Source: Negaprion brevirostris (taxonomy: Eukaryota). Taken from it: DNA of 61,749 nucleotides. The notes below the pieces were generated by a model. That model saw only the letters and a program-made list of their open reading frames with translations, did no database searches and was not told the origin of the DNA. Shown here one piece after another: positions 11,946 through 24,430 of the stretch. Location: assembly GCA_030324005.1 (NCBI GenBank), contig JARDVH010000163.1:30854103-30915851 (forward strand), given 5' to 3'. Position numbers and translations under genes: made by a program. The stretch's first letter is position 1. The number at the start of each line of letters is the position of its first letter.

Positions 11946-13049
11946 ATTAAGGAGAGAGATGACTCATGAAGAACATGAACAGCGGAGTGGATCAGCTGCT
12001 CTGAGTGACCTGTCTATGCAGTCTACATCCTATGTAGTTTTCCAGAGTGCAACCTGAACCCACGAACCTTTGACTCTGGTTCCACAGGAGTTCTGCAATC
12101 ACCTTTTTGAAGCAGGCAAAATGTTTGCTGATCAATGTTTTCGAGGACTGTGCACAGTCCATGACAGAGTGAATTATGCATGGTTTGTGAAATGAATCAG
12201 TTTAATGGGTGAAACGGCTTTGGCTTGATCTGTGCTCCTTTTATAAACAAAACTTTTCAATTTGGCAGACTGCAGCCTGCATTGGCAGTCTGGGTTTGTC
12301 TGTCAAAACTAGGCACAAACAGAAATATTCTAATGCCAGTGTTCCATAATGTTTAATACCTCTTCGGTAAACTTGCCTTCAAAACTCTTCTGGTTCTATA
12401 AAGAACATTGAATGTACAAGCATTTTAAGAAGATTGGGTCAGCAAGCTGAGCATTGTTTTATGGNNNNNNNNNNNNNNNNNNNNNNNNNNNNNNNNNNNN
12501 NNNNNNNNNNNNNNNNNNNNNNNNNNNNNNNNNNNNNNNNNNNNNNNNNNNNNNNNNNNNNNNNNNNNNNNNNNNNNNNNNNNNNNNNNNNNNNNNNNNN
12601 NNNNNNNNNNNNNNNNNNNNNNNNNNNNNNNNNNNNNNNNNNNNNNNNNNNNNNNNNNNNNNNNNNNNNNNNNNNNNNNNNNNNNNNNNNNNNNNNNNNN
12701 NNNNNNNNNNNNNNNNNNNNNNNNNNNNNNNNNNNNNNNNNNNNNNNNNNNNNNNNNNNNNNNNNNNNNNNNNNNNNNNNNNNNNNNNNNNNNNNNNNNN
12801 NNNNNNNNNNNNNNNNNNNNNNNNNNNNNNNNNNNNNNNNNNNNNNNNNNNNNNNNNNNNNNNNNNNNNNNNNNNNNNNNNNNNNNNNNNNNNNNNNNNN
12901 NNNNNNNNNNNNNNNNNNNNNNNNNNNNNNNNNNNNNNNNNNNNNNNNNNNNNNNNNNNNNNNNNNNNNNNNNNNNNNNNNNNNNNNNNNNNNNGGGGTG
13001 ATTCTATTAGCTCGCTGTGCTGATCTAGACTGAGGGACATCAACAGAGG

Positions 13050-14155
13050 CTGTTTTGTGGGCTTCCTGCTGGGCGCCATGGCCTCTACTCATCTCCGTGG
13101 TAAAGATTATCAGAGCAATCAGCTCCAAGCCGGAAATTGGTGCAAAACTAATTACAATATTCTAATCTACATTTCCATCTTATTAGTGGACCCGGGACTA
13201 AGGTCTTTGGGCCCAATTGCATCTTCCCCCTCTGCTGGGAGTGGTTCACTCCTGCAGGGTTTACAACCGCTCCCCAATAATGAGGAACATGCGACCTGAC
13301 TCCGCTGGAGTGAAGAGAGCCCATGAAGGACCCCCCCAGATGGTCAGGGATAAGATGGGATGCTGTCAGGGCAGTGCCAGCCTGACAGTGTCAGCATGGC
13401 CCCCTTCCATTCCTCAAGGGCAAATTGGCAATGCCCAGGAGGCATCTTGGCACTGCCCAATGGGTTTCGGTGGGGATGGGGGTCCCTCTGCCATTCTGCA
13501 TTTGGGATGGGTGGCAGAGGGAGGGAGGACAGTGATCAAAGCTGGCAATCCAGGTTGTGGGAGGGGGCGATTGGGACAATCATGGGGGTTNNNNNNNNNN
13601 NNNNNNNNNNNNNNNNNNNNNACTGGCTGGGTGGTGAGATGGGGAAATTGGAGCTGGCTGGGTGGTGGGGGGTGTAATGGGGAGATTGAGGCTGGCTAGG
13701 GAGTGGTGACATAGGGGTTAGCCTCTGGAGGTCCTGAAAGCCAGAGATCGGGGGTTGGAGGGGTTCAGAGTTGCAGCGATCAGGGTCTTTGTTGGGCTGG
13801 CCAGCGATTAGGCAATGGGAGGGTTGTAGGGGTGGTGATGCAGGGTCATGCGGTTGGCCAGCAATCGAGCTGGCCAGTGATCTGGAGGCTGGCAATGGGG
13901 GACCACTGCACATACACCAATATTGGCATTGACAGATTTTCGCGCGTGCAGTGGCCCGCTCAGCGCTATGCTGCCACCTGCTGGGGAGGAATAGGCTATG
14001 TCCTCTGATTTTCAAAGTGAATCCTGCTGGGGCATTCTGTGATGCACAGAGTGTGGGAGATTCAATCTGGAAATCCTGCTAAAAAAAAATTGGCACGAGT
14101 TACTCCTACTTTCATGCAAATTGGGGACTTAGGGTTTTTTTGGGAGAATCCTGGC
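13050..14155. mobile_element. GC-rich non-autonomous DNA transposon (Harbinger-like MITE)
   Basis: Same family as 3.5 and 7.3 kb; ends 'tttttgggagaatcctgg'. Confidence 0.55.
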
Positions 14156-14157
14156 TT

Positions 14158-14320
14158 ATGTCTTTGGATTGTGGGAGGAAACCAGAGCACATAGAGGAAA
14201 CCCACGCAGACATGGGGAGAATGTATGAACTCCACACACAGTCACCCAAAGCTGGGATTGAACCTGGGTCCCTGGTTCTGTGAGGCAGTAGTGCTAACTA
14301 CTATGCCACTGTGCTACCCC
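14158..14320 (-). mobile_element. V-SINE 5' half
   Basis: Antisense tRNA head and V-domain. Confidence 0.85.
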
Positions 14321-14388
14321 AAATATGAGAGGGAATTCAGTCCCTGATCGAAAAATTAATGTTATACTGCAAAACCGATGCATCTCTG

Positions 14389-14557
14389 TGTAATGTGTCA
14401 CATGTGGTGACATCCACATTTGGGAAATTTTCCCTCTCATCTTGGACTGCAAGTAAGTGGCCCCTCAATGCACTGGTTAAGTAACCTGCTATGTGGCAAC
14501 CTTTTCATTCTTTTACCTTTTGCTGTTGAAGCAATCTGACCAATTTAGTACATTACA
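14389..14557 (+). repeat. Candidate 5' LTR of Gypsy element
   Basis: Bounded by 8-bp inverted termini TGTAATGT...ACATTACA and followed by PBS-like TTGGCGATGAG (14571-14581) and gag; no 3' LTR found. Confidence 0.6.
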
Positions 14558-16379
14558 ATAAAAGACAAACTTGGCGATGAGAAAACTCTTCCTGTAAAAA
14601 ATAGTCAGAAGGAATAATTCAGACCTAGACCTGAAGTCAAGGATTGCTTTTCAGGAGACCACTTCTGAATACTCAAATGAAAAAAAAATTCTTAAAGTCA
14701 CAGTCCAAGCAAGAAAAGCTTTTAAAGGAACAACGACAGAGGTAGTACGCATTAAATTGGGAAAAAAAATTAGTGAGGAGGAAATACTTAAAAAATGCAC
14801 TGCAACTTAAGACCTGGTATTTGGGAAAAGATGGTGCGACAGAACCATTTGATGAGAATGTGGAATCACAGAGTACCTATGAAGAGATTTTTCAACATTA
14901 CCTTGCTGCAAACAGGGTACTGGATGAACTTTCTTGAGTGCAAGAAGATGGAAAATCTTCATCTTATTACAAAGTCTTGTCCAACCTGCCGAACCTGGTA
15001 CAAAAACTTATGAGGAATTGACCTTGAAGAACACTTTTTGCCCAAGTCTTTAATCGTAGCGGGGAGATGCAGATATCAAAAATGGAGCCAAGAAGAAGAT
15101 GAAATTAATCTACGATTTGTAGCTGTACTACAGAAATTAACAAAGAGTTGTGAGTTTGGTCCGATCCGCGAAGACACACTGTGAGATGGACTTGTTTGTG
15201 GACTTCAAAATGAAGCAAATCAAAGACAAATCAGTGAAAGCTCTTTGACACCAAAACTTGGTGTGAGCTAGCAGCGTCCATAGAATTAGCCGCTAAAGAA
15301 NNNNNNNNNNNNNNNNNNNNNNNNNNNNNNNNNNNNNNNNNNNNNNNNNNNNNNNNNNNNNNNNNNNNNNNNNNNNNNNNNNNNNNNNNNNNNNNNNNNN
15401 AGCTTCCCAAATCAAATCTGGCACCAAAATACACATGATGAAAACTGAAAAAAGAAAATCTCTCAACAAACAAGCGTGCCACAGGAATGTTGACGTTGAT
15501 GTTGATGTTGTGAAACAAATGTCATAGCTATGACAAGAAAGGTTACATAACCAAAGCATGTTGGACCAGACCGAATTCTCAACCTCAAAAAAGAGTAAAT
15601 GCAAGAGCTCATCCAAATCTATACAAAAACTCCATAGAATAACCAAAGACAATGAAGATTCCTAGGAAGACGTGGAGATCAAAGAACTAAAACTTGGTAT
15701 TTTATCAGTGCAAGAGATCTTGGGTCCATTCAAAACTGATTGGGAATGAAATTAAAATGGAAGTAGGTATTTCTTAGTTCTGAAAATTCATGTCAACAAA
15801 AGCTCAAGAACATATCATTAAAGCCTTCTAATATAATTTGCAAACTTACATGAAGAGGTGGTTCCACGGCAGGTTATATCACGATGCAAGTTGAAACAAA
15901 TGGTCAATCTGAAAAATTGCCATTACACATTGTTTAAAGAAATTTTTCTGCACTTTACAAAAGAGTGTAACTAAACAAAATCAAACTAAATTAGCAAGCG
16001 ATTAACCAACTGTTGATGGAACGTATAGAAACTCTTGGAAAAATACAAGAAGATATTGAAAATACTTGAGGGGAAATGACAAGATTCAAAGCATTACTTA
16101 AGATGAAACCTGATAGCACTCCAAAATGCCTAAAGGCAAGAATTGTGCCTTATACTATCGAGCCTAAAGTTGAATGGAATTTAAAAACGTAATCAAAGAT
16201 GAAGTGTTTGCATCCGTAACCACGAGCGATTTGGCAACTTCAATCATCCCTATCATTAAACTAAATAGTTTTGTAAGGATTTGCGGTGACTTCAAAACAA
16301 CAATAAATACAGTGATCTGCATCAACCAGTATCCCTTACCATTAACTGAGGGTCTATTTGCTGGATTGTCTCGTGGTAA

Positions 16380-16716
16380 GCACAGTAAGAAGTCTCACAA
16401 CACCAGGTTAAAGTCCAACAGTATTATTTGATAGCACAAGCTTTCGAGTGTTGCTCCTTCTTCAGGTACGTGGGAGTTGTGTTCACAANNNNNNNNNTAT
16501 AAACACAAACTCAATTTACAAGACAATGGTTGGAATGCGAGTCTTTACAGGTTATCAAGTCTTAAAGATACAGACAATGTGAGTGGAGAGAGGATTATGC
16601 ACAGGTTAAAGAGGCTCCGAAAGCTTGTGCTACCAAATAAACCTGTTGGATTTTAACCTGGTGTTGTGAGACTTCTTACAGTGCTTACCCCAGTCCAATG
16701 CCGGCATCTCCGCATC
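16380..16716. mobile_element. Palindromic Penelope-like element, family 1, inserted in Gypsy RT
   Basis: Inverted arms; 14-bp TSD ttgtct(c/a)gtggtaa at 16366-16379 and 16717-16730. Confidence 0.88.
16434..16468 (-). ncRNA. Hammerhead motif with shortened stem II
   Basis: Minus strand: tac-CTGAAGA-AG-GAG caaca CTC-GAAA-GC-TT-gtg. Confidence 0.6.
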
Positions 16717-17382
16717 TTGTCTAGTGGTAAACAGTACAGTCCCAAGCATTTCTTCAAATGAAGATGGCAACTGAGTCGCAACCATAGCTAACAATTGTTA
16801 CTGAAAGAATTGATCTGGTATAAATGTCGACTGATCAGAAAAACATTGGTGCCTGCTGTGTTCTAAAAGCCAATGGGTCAAATCCTAAGTCACTTCAATG
16901 GTGTCCAGTGTTATTTGGATGATATTTTAACGACAGGCAATGATGAACAGGAACATTTACAGAACTTAAAAACACTGGAATGTCTAGTGAAGCACACTCG
17001 TCGTGTGAAGAAAGAAAAGTATGAACTTTTCAAGTCATTGGTTAGCTTTCTAGGCTATGAAATTGATAAGGGCAGACTCCAGAAAGAACCTAAGAAAATG
17101 ACTGCGATTTTAGATGCGCCTAGAATATATCACAACTGAGATCTATTTTAGGGCACATCAATTATAATGGCAAATTTATTTCAAATCTTGCTAACACATT
17201 AAAACCATTTCATACATTATTATGTGCAAACCAACAATGGATTTGGATTAAAGACTGTGAAAAGGCATAGCGAAGTCAAAAATATACTAACAAAATTGGA
17301 AGAATTAGTTCACTTCAACCTTAATTTGAAAATTCATTTCACATGTGGCACATTTCTCCATGGGGTGGGTGCAGTTGTCTCT

Positions 17383-17747
17383 CAATCCATTGTCTCCCAT
17401 CCATTTACTCCATCTACACTTCCTCTGCCTCAGAAAAGCATAATCAAGGATCCCACGCACCTCGGACACTCTCTCTTTCACCTTCTTCCTTTGCAAAAAA
17501 GTTATAAAACTCTTCAATCACGTACCAACCGACTCAAGAACAGTTCTTCCCTGCTGCCATTAGACTTCTGAATGGACCTACCTTATATGAAGCTGATCTT
17601 TCTCTACATACTGGCTATATTCTGCACCTTCTCCTATCCTTCTCCCCTATATACTCTATGAACGGTATGTTTTGTCTGTATAGCGTGCAAGATGTAATAA
17701 TTTTCACTGTATCCCAATACATGTGACAATAATAAATCAAATCAAAT
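17383..17747 (+). mobile_element. Rex1/Babar-type LINE 3' end inserted in Gypsy RNase H
   Basis: SIIKDPTHLGHSLFHLLP..RTNRLKNS; 3' tail aataataaatcaaatcaaa, same as copies at 31.1 and 47.7 kb. Confidence 0.88.
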
Positions 17748-18045
17748 AGGCACGGTGGCACGATGGTTAGCACTGCTGTCTCACTGTGCCAGAGACATGG
17801 GTTCGATTTCTGACCTGGATTACTGTCTGTGTGGAGTTTGCACGTTCTTCTTGTGTCTGAAGGGGTTTACTCCAGGTGCTCCGATTTCCTCCCACAGTCC
17901 AAAGATGTGCAGGTTAGATGAATTGGCCATGCTAAATTCTACCTCAGTGTAACTGAACAGGTACCGGAGTGTGGCGACTAGGGGATTTTCACATTAGCTT
18001 CTTTGCAGTGTTAATGTAAGCCTGCTTGTGATTAATAAATAAACG
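17748..18045 (+). mobile_element. V-SINE with alternative tail
   Basis: tRNA head (ggcacggtggcacgatggttagc; ggttcgatttc), V-domain, tail gtgttaatgtaagcctgcttgtgattaataaataaac. Confidence 0.88.
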
Positions 18046-18794
18046 TTATTACTTTTTTTTAATGCCAAATGGAGATGAAAGACCAATAGCTTTCAGTTTG
18101 AGAACATTAACAATGAACAAAATGATGCTCAATTGGAAAATGAAGCCCTGAATATAGTTTTTGGAGTTAAGAGATTTCATCAATATCTGTATGGCAGACA
18201 TTTTAACTTGTTAACAGACCATAGGTCGTTATCTGCATAAGGCTCAGCAATGTAATACAATGTTATACACCCAACCCATTTACATGAAGAAAACATCTCT
18301 GGCATTGAATGCAAAATCAGAATTTAACCAGATAAATATGTTTTGATATAATTGAACATGTTTGTTTGAAAAAGTGATTTATCTATAGATAATTAGGAAA
18401 TACAGAATGAATAAATCAAAATAAAATTCTGAAAGAGCTTTAAAAATTTTAAGATTAAATGCTTCGTTAAGTGCCTTTCTATGTTAAAGGCACAATGTGA
18501 ATACAAGATATTGTTGTGGATGGGTGCGTAAACTACTTAGTTAAATCTTCAGCACATCCAACTCCATGCTATGTAATGCACCCTTCAATGGCTCAGAGAG
18601 TGCAATGGAATTAGGGCTGAAATGAACTGAAGTGTGCTGTAGCTAACTATTTACAAAAAACACAACAACTGTTAATAGGTTTCTCAAAGGCGGTAAATAA
18701 CACCCCACAAATTACAGTCAACAACATCCTCCCGCGTGGAAAATAGACTGGAAAGTGGTCAAGTAAAACAACAGATATCACATAGCTACAACAG

Positions 18795-18915
18795 AAAGGA
18801 AGAAACTGCTAAAGTTGGAAATTTGAGATAAAGCAGTAAATAGTGAAAATGCACAGAGGCATGTTAACATCGGAAAAGGGGAAACATAAGTTAACGTTCC
18901 AGGCCAGGACCCCAA
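18795..18915 (-). mobile_element. Old Penelope-like pLTR fragment (family 2-related)
   Basis: Diverged match to 'ctgcagatgctggaaatctgaaataaaa..gaaaatg'; 'gttaacgttccagg' is the antisense GAAACGTT hammerhead remnant. Confidence 0.5.
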
Positions 18916-19959
18916 ACTGAAATGACAAGTGAAACCCTGACTGCAACTGAATGGAGTGAAACAGAAAAAAGGAATTAGCAGTGAGGGTGCGGGCAGTGGG
19001 CGTGGGGAGGGTAAAACAGATTCAATGCTCATTTATAGGCGATGGTAGTCAAGTGGTATCTGTCGCTGCAGCCTGTGACCAGAATGGAGAGGTAATGATA
19101 TTCACGGGTGAAATGCTAGAAGTTAAACTTCTCCATCAGTTTTTGCTAAACACATTCTTCACGAATTTCCATTTACAATGAATATGGATGCAACTTCCTT
19201 TGTCCAAGCTGATGTGAAGAATCAATTTTTGGGGGCCCTCTACAACTTGTAATTTATTTTCTCTCAACTTTATTTAGCTGTGCTCATACTTTTCTTGTGT
19301 CTCTAAAGATATTCTGGCTTGTATTTTGAGTTCCTTTTATCCTCATTATTAAATATTATAATTAAATAGAAAGCGCAGGAATACTGTCCTCGATTTTTTT
19401 CTCACTCTTCTGAAGTCCAACTGTTTTGTAGCCCCCAGAAGTATTATCGCCTGCACTGGCGTGGAGAAGGTGGTAAATGGCTATTACTGCAAAATCAACA
19501 ATGCCTGCAGCAACATGAAAGGCCACACATCATTCCCAAAGGTTCCCATTGGATGCTGTAACCAGTCAGGAACATTGGCTAGAACATCCTCTCTTTTGTA
19601 CATAACTGCTGGACTGTTTTGAAGTTGTCACTACCTTCCTATCATGTGATAATGCTGGACACTTGGGTACAGACATGATTAGTTGCTGAAACAGTAATGA
19701 TGGAAAATGGATGACAAACACTATATTTTCACCCCTTCTTCTGCACACATTATCCTCCAGAGTGCTGACATTAGCATTTGACAGCAATGCTTCTCTGCTC
19801 CTCCGAGTAGTTTGTAGCAGTTACCGATTAGTAATTCGTAGAATCATCTCCCCATATCCCTCCAAATCTTTCTTCATCAGTAATAAAATGTCCTCTTGAA
19901 TGCTTTGATTGAACATCAGACTCTCATTGTTGAGCTTATCACTCGGCTAAACTAATCCA

Positions 19960-20085
19960 ATTTGGCTTAGTGGTGGTACTCTCAACCCTGAATTAGAAGT
20001 TACCGGGCCAGATCTACTCAAGGATTTGAGTACGCAAACTAGGCTGAGGGAATACCAGGTCGCTGAATGTTGTACCTTTTAACAC
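19960..20085 (+). mobile_element. Deu-domain SINE head, decayed
   Basis: 'tggcttagtggtggtactctc..ctgaattagaag..gatttgagtac..aggctga' matches the head at 54765. Confidence 0.5.
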
Positions 20086-20494
20086 CACATGCACATTAAG
20101 AGTTTAAATCCTATAAAGACTTGTTGCAAATTGGAATTCTGTATAGCAGTGGTAGATGCTATTTATTTTTAAAAGGTGCAGGTTGCTTTAAGAGCTGATC
20201 ACATGATTTTTCAGCAATGTTAATAAGGTGTGTGCTCAGCTTGCTGTTTTTACTTTCAGTTTTGTATTTTGCAGAGCAGAGAATAGCTTTCAATAAAACC
20301 TGTTGTGGTATTTGTGTGAACCAACGTGTACTAAACAAGCCTTTTCTTTTCCTGTTAAAACTCACAACCCCTATTATAATTCAGACATTACAGTGGGCTA
20401 GCTGTTTCGTTGCTTTACAGGCACAACTGGTTTAGGGAAAGGAACCTGCCATCTTTCAAGTGGCACTTACTGAGCATCAATCTGATTATCAATG

Positions 20495-21655
20495 CTCTGT
20501 GGGGGTCTCACCAGGGCCATTTGTGACCTCACTTCAGCCCTGGTTCAGACATGGAGAAAAGAGCAGAAATCCAGAGATGAGGTGAGAATATCAATCCTTG
20601 ACATCAAGGCAGCATTTGACTAGGTGCGGTATCANNNNNNNNNNNNNNNNNNNNNNNNNNNNNNTCCTAACTAAACTGGAGTCAAACTGGTTGGCATCAT
20701 ACCTACTTCAATAAAAAAGGTTATGGTTGGTGGTCATCCATCCCAGGATGTCACTGCAGGGATTACTCAGTTGGTTCTGGGACCAACCAACATCAGCTGC
20801 TTCATTGATGACCTTCCCTCCAACAAAAGGCCAGAAACGGAATATTTGCTGATGATTGGAAAGCATTTGGTACCATTCACAACTCTCCAGATCCTGAAGT
20901 AGTCTGTGCCTGCATGCAGCAAGACCAGGATAATACAGGTTTGGATCAATAAGTTAGCAAATGCCAGAAAAATACCATCCCCAACAAGAGAGAATCTAAC
21001 TTTTTACATGCAATTGCGTTATCATCACTGAATCCCTCACCATTAATATCCTGAAATGACCATTTTCCAGAAATTGAAAAAGACCAGCCACCTAAGTATT
21101 GTGGCTACAAGGACAGTCTGTTCACCATCTGCAAGGCACAAGTTGGGAGTGTGATGGAATACTCTCCACTTACATGGATGAGTGCAGCTCCAACAACCCT
21201 CAACAAGCTTGGCATCAGCAAAAACAAAGCAACACACTTGATTGATGCCCCATGTACTGTCTTAAACATTCACTCCCTGTACCTCCAGTACATAGTTGCA
21301 GCAGTATGTAGCATCCACAAGATTTACAGCAGCAACTCACCAAGGCTCCTTGGACAGTATCTTTCATACCTGCAACCTCTGCAATCTAAAAGACAAGGGA
21401 GCAGGTGCATGAAAACATCACTACCTACAGGTTCCCCTCCAAGTCAATCACCATCCTCACTTGGAACAATATCACCATTCCTTCATTGGGTCAAATTATT
21501 GGAACTCCCTTCCTTACAGCACTGTGGTGTCTCTGAATTCATCTCATGGACAGCAGTGGTTCAAGAAGGCTGCTACCATCACTGTCTCAGGGTATTCATA
21601 AATGGACAATAAATACTGACTATGTCAGCGACACCCATATATAAGAACAAATTTT
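20495..21655 (+). mobile_element. CR1/L2-group LINE (Crack/Zenon-like) RT and 3' end
   Basis: ILDIKAAFD, VLGPT..CFIDDL, IFADD, TICKAQVGSVMEYSPLTWMSAAPTTLNKL; clade assignment uncertain. Confidence 0.8.
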
Positions 21656-21740
21656 AAAATTTCCTAAGACTGATCAGATTCTTTAACTCATAGACCTCAT
21701 CTGCAGTTTCCCACCCAAAACCAGTGGGAAGTGGCAGCTG

Positions 21741-22104
21741 AAACAAAAACAGATAATGCTGGACAATCTCAGCAGGTCTGACAGCATCGGTGGAGAGAGA
21801 CTAGAGTCTCTATTACAGGCTAAATGGTAGGACTTACNNNNNNNNNNNNNNNNNNNNNNNNNNNNNNNNNNNNNNNNNNNNNNNNNNNNNNNNNNNNNNN
21901 NNNNNNNNNNNNNNNNNNNNNNNNNNNNNNNNNNNNNAATGGTTCAGCACAGACAAGAAGGGCCAAAAGGCCTGTTTCTGAGCTGTAATTTTCTATGGTT
22001 CTATGGTTCTATATCTGCAGATGCCGGCAGACCTCCTGAGGTTTTCCAGCATTGTCTGTGTTTGTTTCAGATTCCAGCATCTGCAGTATTTTGCTTTTAC
22101 CTTA
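21741..22104. mobile_element. Palindromic Penelope-like element, family 2, with central CR1-like insertion
   Basis: Inverted arms 21738-21810 / 22013-22100; 14-bp TSD ggaagtggcagctg at 21727-21740 and 22105-22118. Confidence 0.85.
21938..22012 (+). mobile_element. CR1 3' tail
   Basis: aagggccaaaaggcctgtttctgagctgta..(ttctatgg)n 8-mer tail. Confidence 0.75.
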
Positions 22105-22435
22105 GGAAGTGGCAGCTGGTTGGCAAAGGTGTAGAAACAAGAATCCAAGGAACAATGCTCAAACTCAGGGGGTCTTGTGGTGAGTGGATGGTAGGGCAGG
22201 GAGTGCATACATTTTATTGCTGATTCCAATGGAGCACCCCTGCTTTTCCTGGCTGTGCAAAGAAACTCAAAAATTACTTTGCTGCTTAAGATGCTTTAGT
22301 GGGCCTTCCTTTTCTACCCAGATCACATGCATCTCCTACACCAATTCAAATCTATATCTGAAACTCTCAAATGGGTTAATCTGGGAAGACGGACAGAAAA
22401 CTTCATTTCCACTTCAATCTGTCTAAACCTCTTTA

Positions 22436-22716
22436 TCATAGAATACAATCCCTATAGTGCAGAAGGAGGCCATTCAGCCCATCAAGTCGATACCAACCAC
22501 AATCCCATCCAGGTCCTATCCCCATGACCCTATTTATTTACCTTACTAATCCCCCTGACACTAATGGACAATTTAGCATAACCTAACCTGCACATCTGTG
22601 GGAGGAAACCAGAGCACCGGAAGGAAATCCACACAGACGCGGAGTGAATTTCCAAACTCCACACAGACAGTGACCCAAGCCGGGAATCGAACCTGGGTCC
22701 CTGCTGCTGTGAGGCA
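22436..22716 (-). mobile_element. HE1-type V-SINE
   Basis: Antisense B box (ggaatcgaacc), V-domain and CR1-like tail. Confidence 0.88.
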
Positions 22717-23591
22717 TATTACCCATTTTTACTGCCTTTACTACCCATTTAGGTTTGAACTGCACATATAATAACAGAGATTCTTGACTCGCTGCAGCTA
22801 AGTATTCAGAGAAGCAGTTTTCGTTACAAAAAGATTGTCCAAGGCAAGAGTATTGTTATGATCTTGTGATTCTTCTCCTATGTTTGTGTTTTCACATTAG
22901 AAAAAACTATGACTGACAATAATTGACATTGATTTACAATGCTTAATGTATCTAGCAAATAGTTCCAAGTCAAATATGTATTTGTATATAGTGAAATATA
23001 GTGAAATTTGTATATGTCCGCCATTGTAGTTTTAAAATACACTTTAAATGTAACACCAATTGATATTATGCTTGTGACATGATTCACATGCAACATAGGC
23101 CCTGATAGACTTCCAGTCAAGTCTCATTTCTGTACAACTATTTCTGCTTGCGGAAATTCTGTTTTCTCCCACACATGCTTCAGTTTCACTATGTAATTAG
23201 ATTTCAATCTGACACGTGCCTCGGTTGTGTTATCCCTCCAGTTTCCTCTTGCATTGCAGACTGACCTCTACATACTCGTGCTGTGCAATGTGTGCGCTGC
23301 TTTCTTATCTACTTCTCAAATAACGAAGATGTGGGTGGAACAAGTGCTGCCCATCTGCAAACAGACGAGAAAGCTTTGACCACATTGACTCTGAGATACC
23401 TGAAAAAAATCAGTCCCCAGCATATCATGATTAGTTTCATCTCTAAGGAATAGTCATACCAACCTCAATTGTATCCGAAACTGGTAACATTTATCTCTTG
23501 AAGCGCAGCCCTCATGTTTAGTACCAAACCACAATGTATTTTCCCCAGTCCCTCGAACAATCTCAAGTCAACAAAAGTCTTATTCCAATAA

Positions 23592-23770
23592 CGAAAGAAT
23601 TTGCATTTATACAGCATTGTTCACAACCTCAGGACACACCAAAGTGCTTTAGCCAATGAAGTACTTTTGATTTGTGCTATAATGTGGGAAATGTAGCAGT
23701 CAATTTGCATGCAGCAAGGTCTCATAAATCAGCAATGAGATAATGACCAGATCATTTGTTCTTGTGAATT
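23592..23770 (-). mobile_element. Deu-domain SINE 3' part
   Basis: Antisense of 55030-55195 ('ttgcatttatacagc..cacaacctcaggac..caaagtgcttt..agcaatgagataatgaccagat'). Confidence 0.75.
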
Positions 23771-24071
23771 GCAGCAAAAAAACACTTTTGCATTTAATTG
23801 AATTTTATTTAACCCAGTATTGTATAGATTTATAAGCCTTGGTGTACAATTCACCAGGAAGAAGAATCTGTATTTCATAGCTGAGTTAGTCTTCATTTAC
23901 AATGTCAACTCAAAGCCAGAGCAGAACTAGGATTTTACAGCCGTGCTTACCCCAAAATTGGAAAATCCCGCCCTTTGCATGGTCCACCTCTCCATCCACT
24001 ATGATACCCTTGGCAGGCAAGATGGGAAAATTACCTTCTCCCTGATCTTTGTGTGTCTTCTGAGCTACCAG

Positions 24072-24194
24072 CCATAGAATCGTAGAGCATGGAAACAGGT
24101 CCTTTGGCCCAACTTCTCCATGTCGCCTTTTTTTTAAACCTCTTAAGCTAATTCCAATTGCCCGCATTTGGTCCATGTCCCTCTATACCCATCC
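24072..24194 (-). mobile_element. CR1 3' tail
   Basis: catagaatcgtagagcatggaaacaggtcctttggcccaac..catttggtccatgtccctctatacc. Confidence 0.75.
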
Positions 24195-24324
24195 TAAGAC
24201 CAGCTGTACAAGCATTGATCAGATTAATCCCATTGGCACCATAATCACAAACTCACTTAAAGACCAAAATAGCTTAATATTATTTTCATTTTCAAATCAT
24301 TTTAATCCTGATTTGAACAGCAGG

Positions 24325-24430
24325 CGGGTAAGTAGAGCTGAGTCCACGGAAAGATCAGCCATGATCTTATTGAATAGTGGAGGGGCCAGATGGCCTATTC
24401 CTGTTCCTAGTTCTTGTTATGTTCTTATGA
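24325..24430 (+). mobile_element. CR1 3' tail
   Basis: agatcagccatgatcttattgaat..ggccagatggcctattcctgttcct..ttcttatg repeats. Confidence 0.75.

Larger units (their letters stand above)
14571..18235 (+). mobile_element. Decayed Gypsy/Ty3 LTR retrotransposon internal region (gag-PR-RT-RNase H), 3' truncated
   Basis: gag-like EPFDENVESQSTYEEIFQHYLAAN and SCEFG..DTL*DGLVCGL; RT VRICGDFKTTIN..QYPLP (16174-16431) and QCYLDDIL (16873-17139); RNase H HGVGAVVS / [38 protein letters not shown]; many stops and frameshifts. Confidence 0.93.

Noticed and set aside
12145-12160. Perfect 16-bp palindrome ggactgtgcacagtcc
   Set aside because: About one is expected by chance in 60 kb (60000/4^8)
19431-19625. 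Possible coding exon after ttttgtag
   Set aside because: No recognisable protein motif in any frame and no good donor site
23260-23400. Possible minus-strand exon after tttttttcag
   Set aside because: All three frames hit stops within ~100 nt and no homology is recognisable
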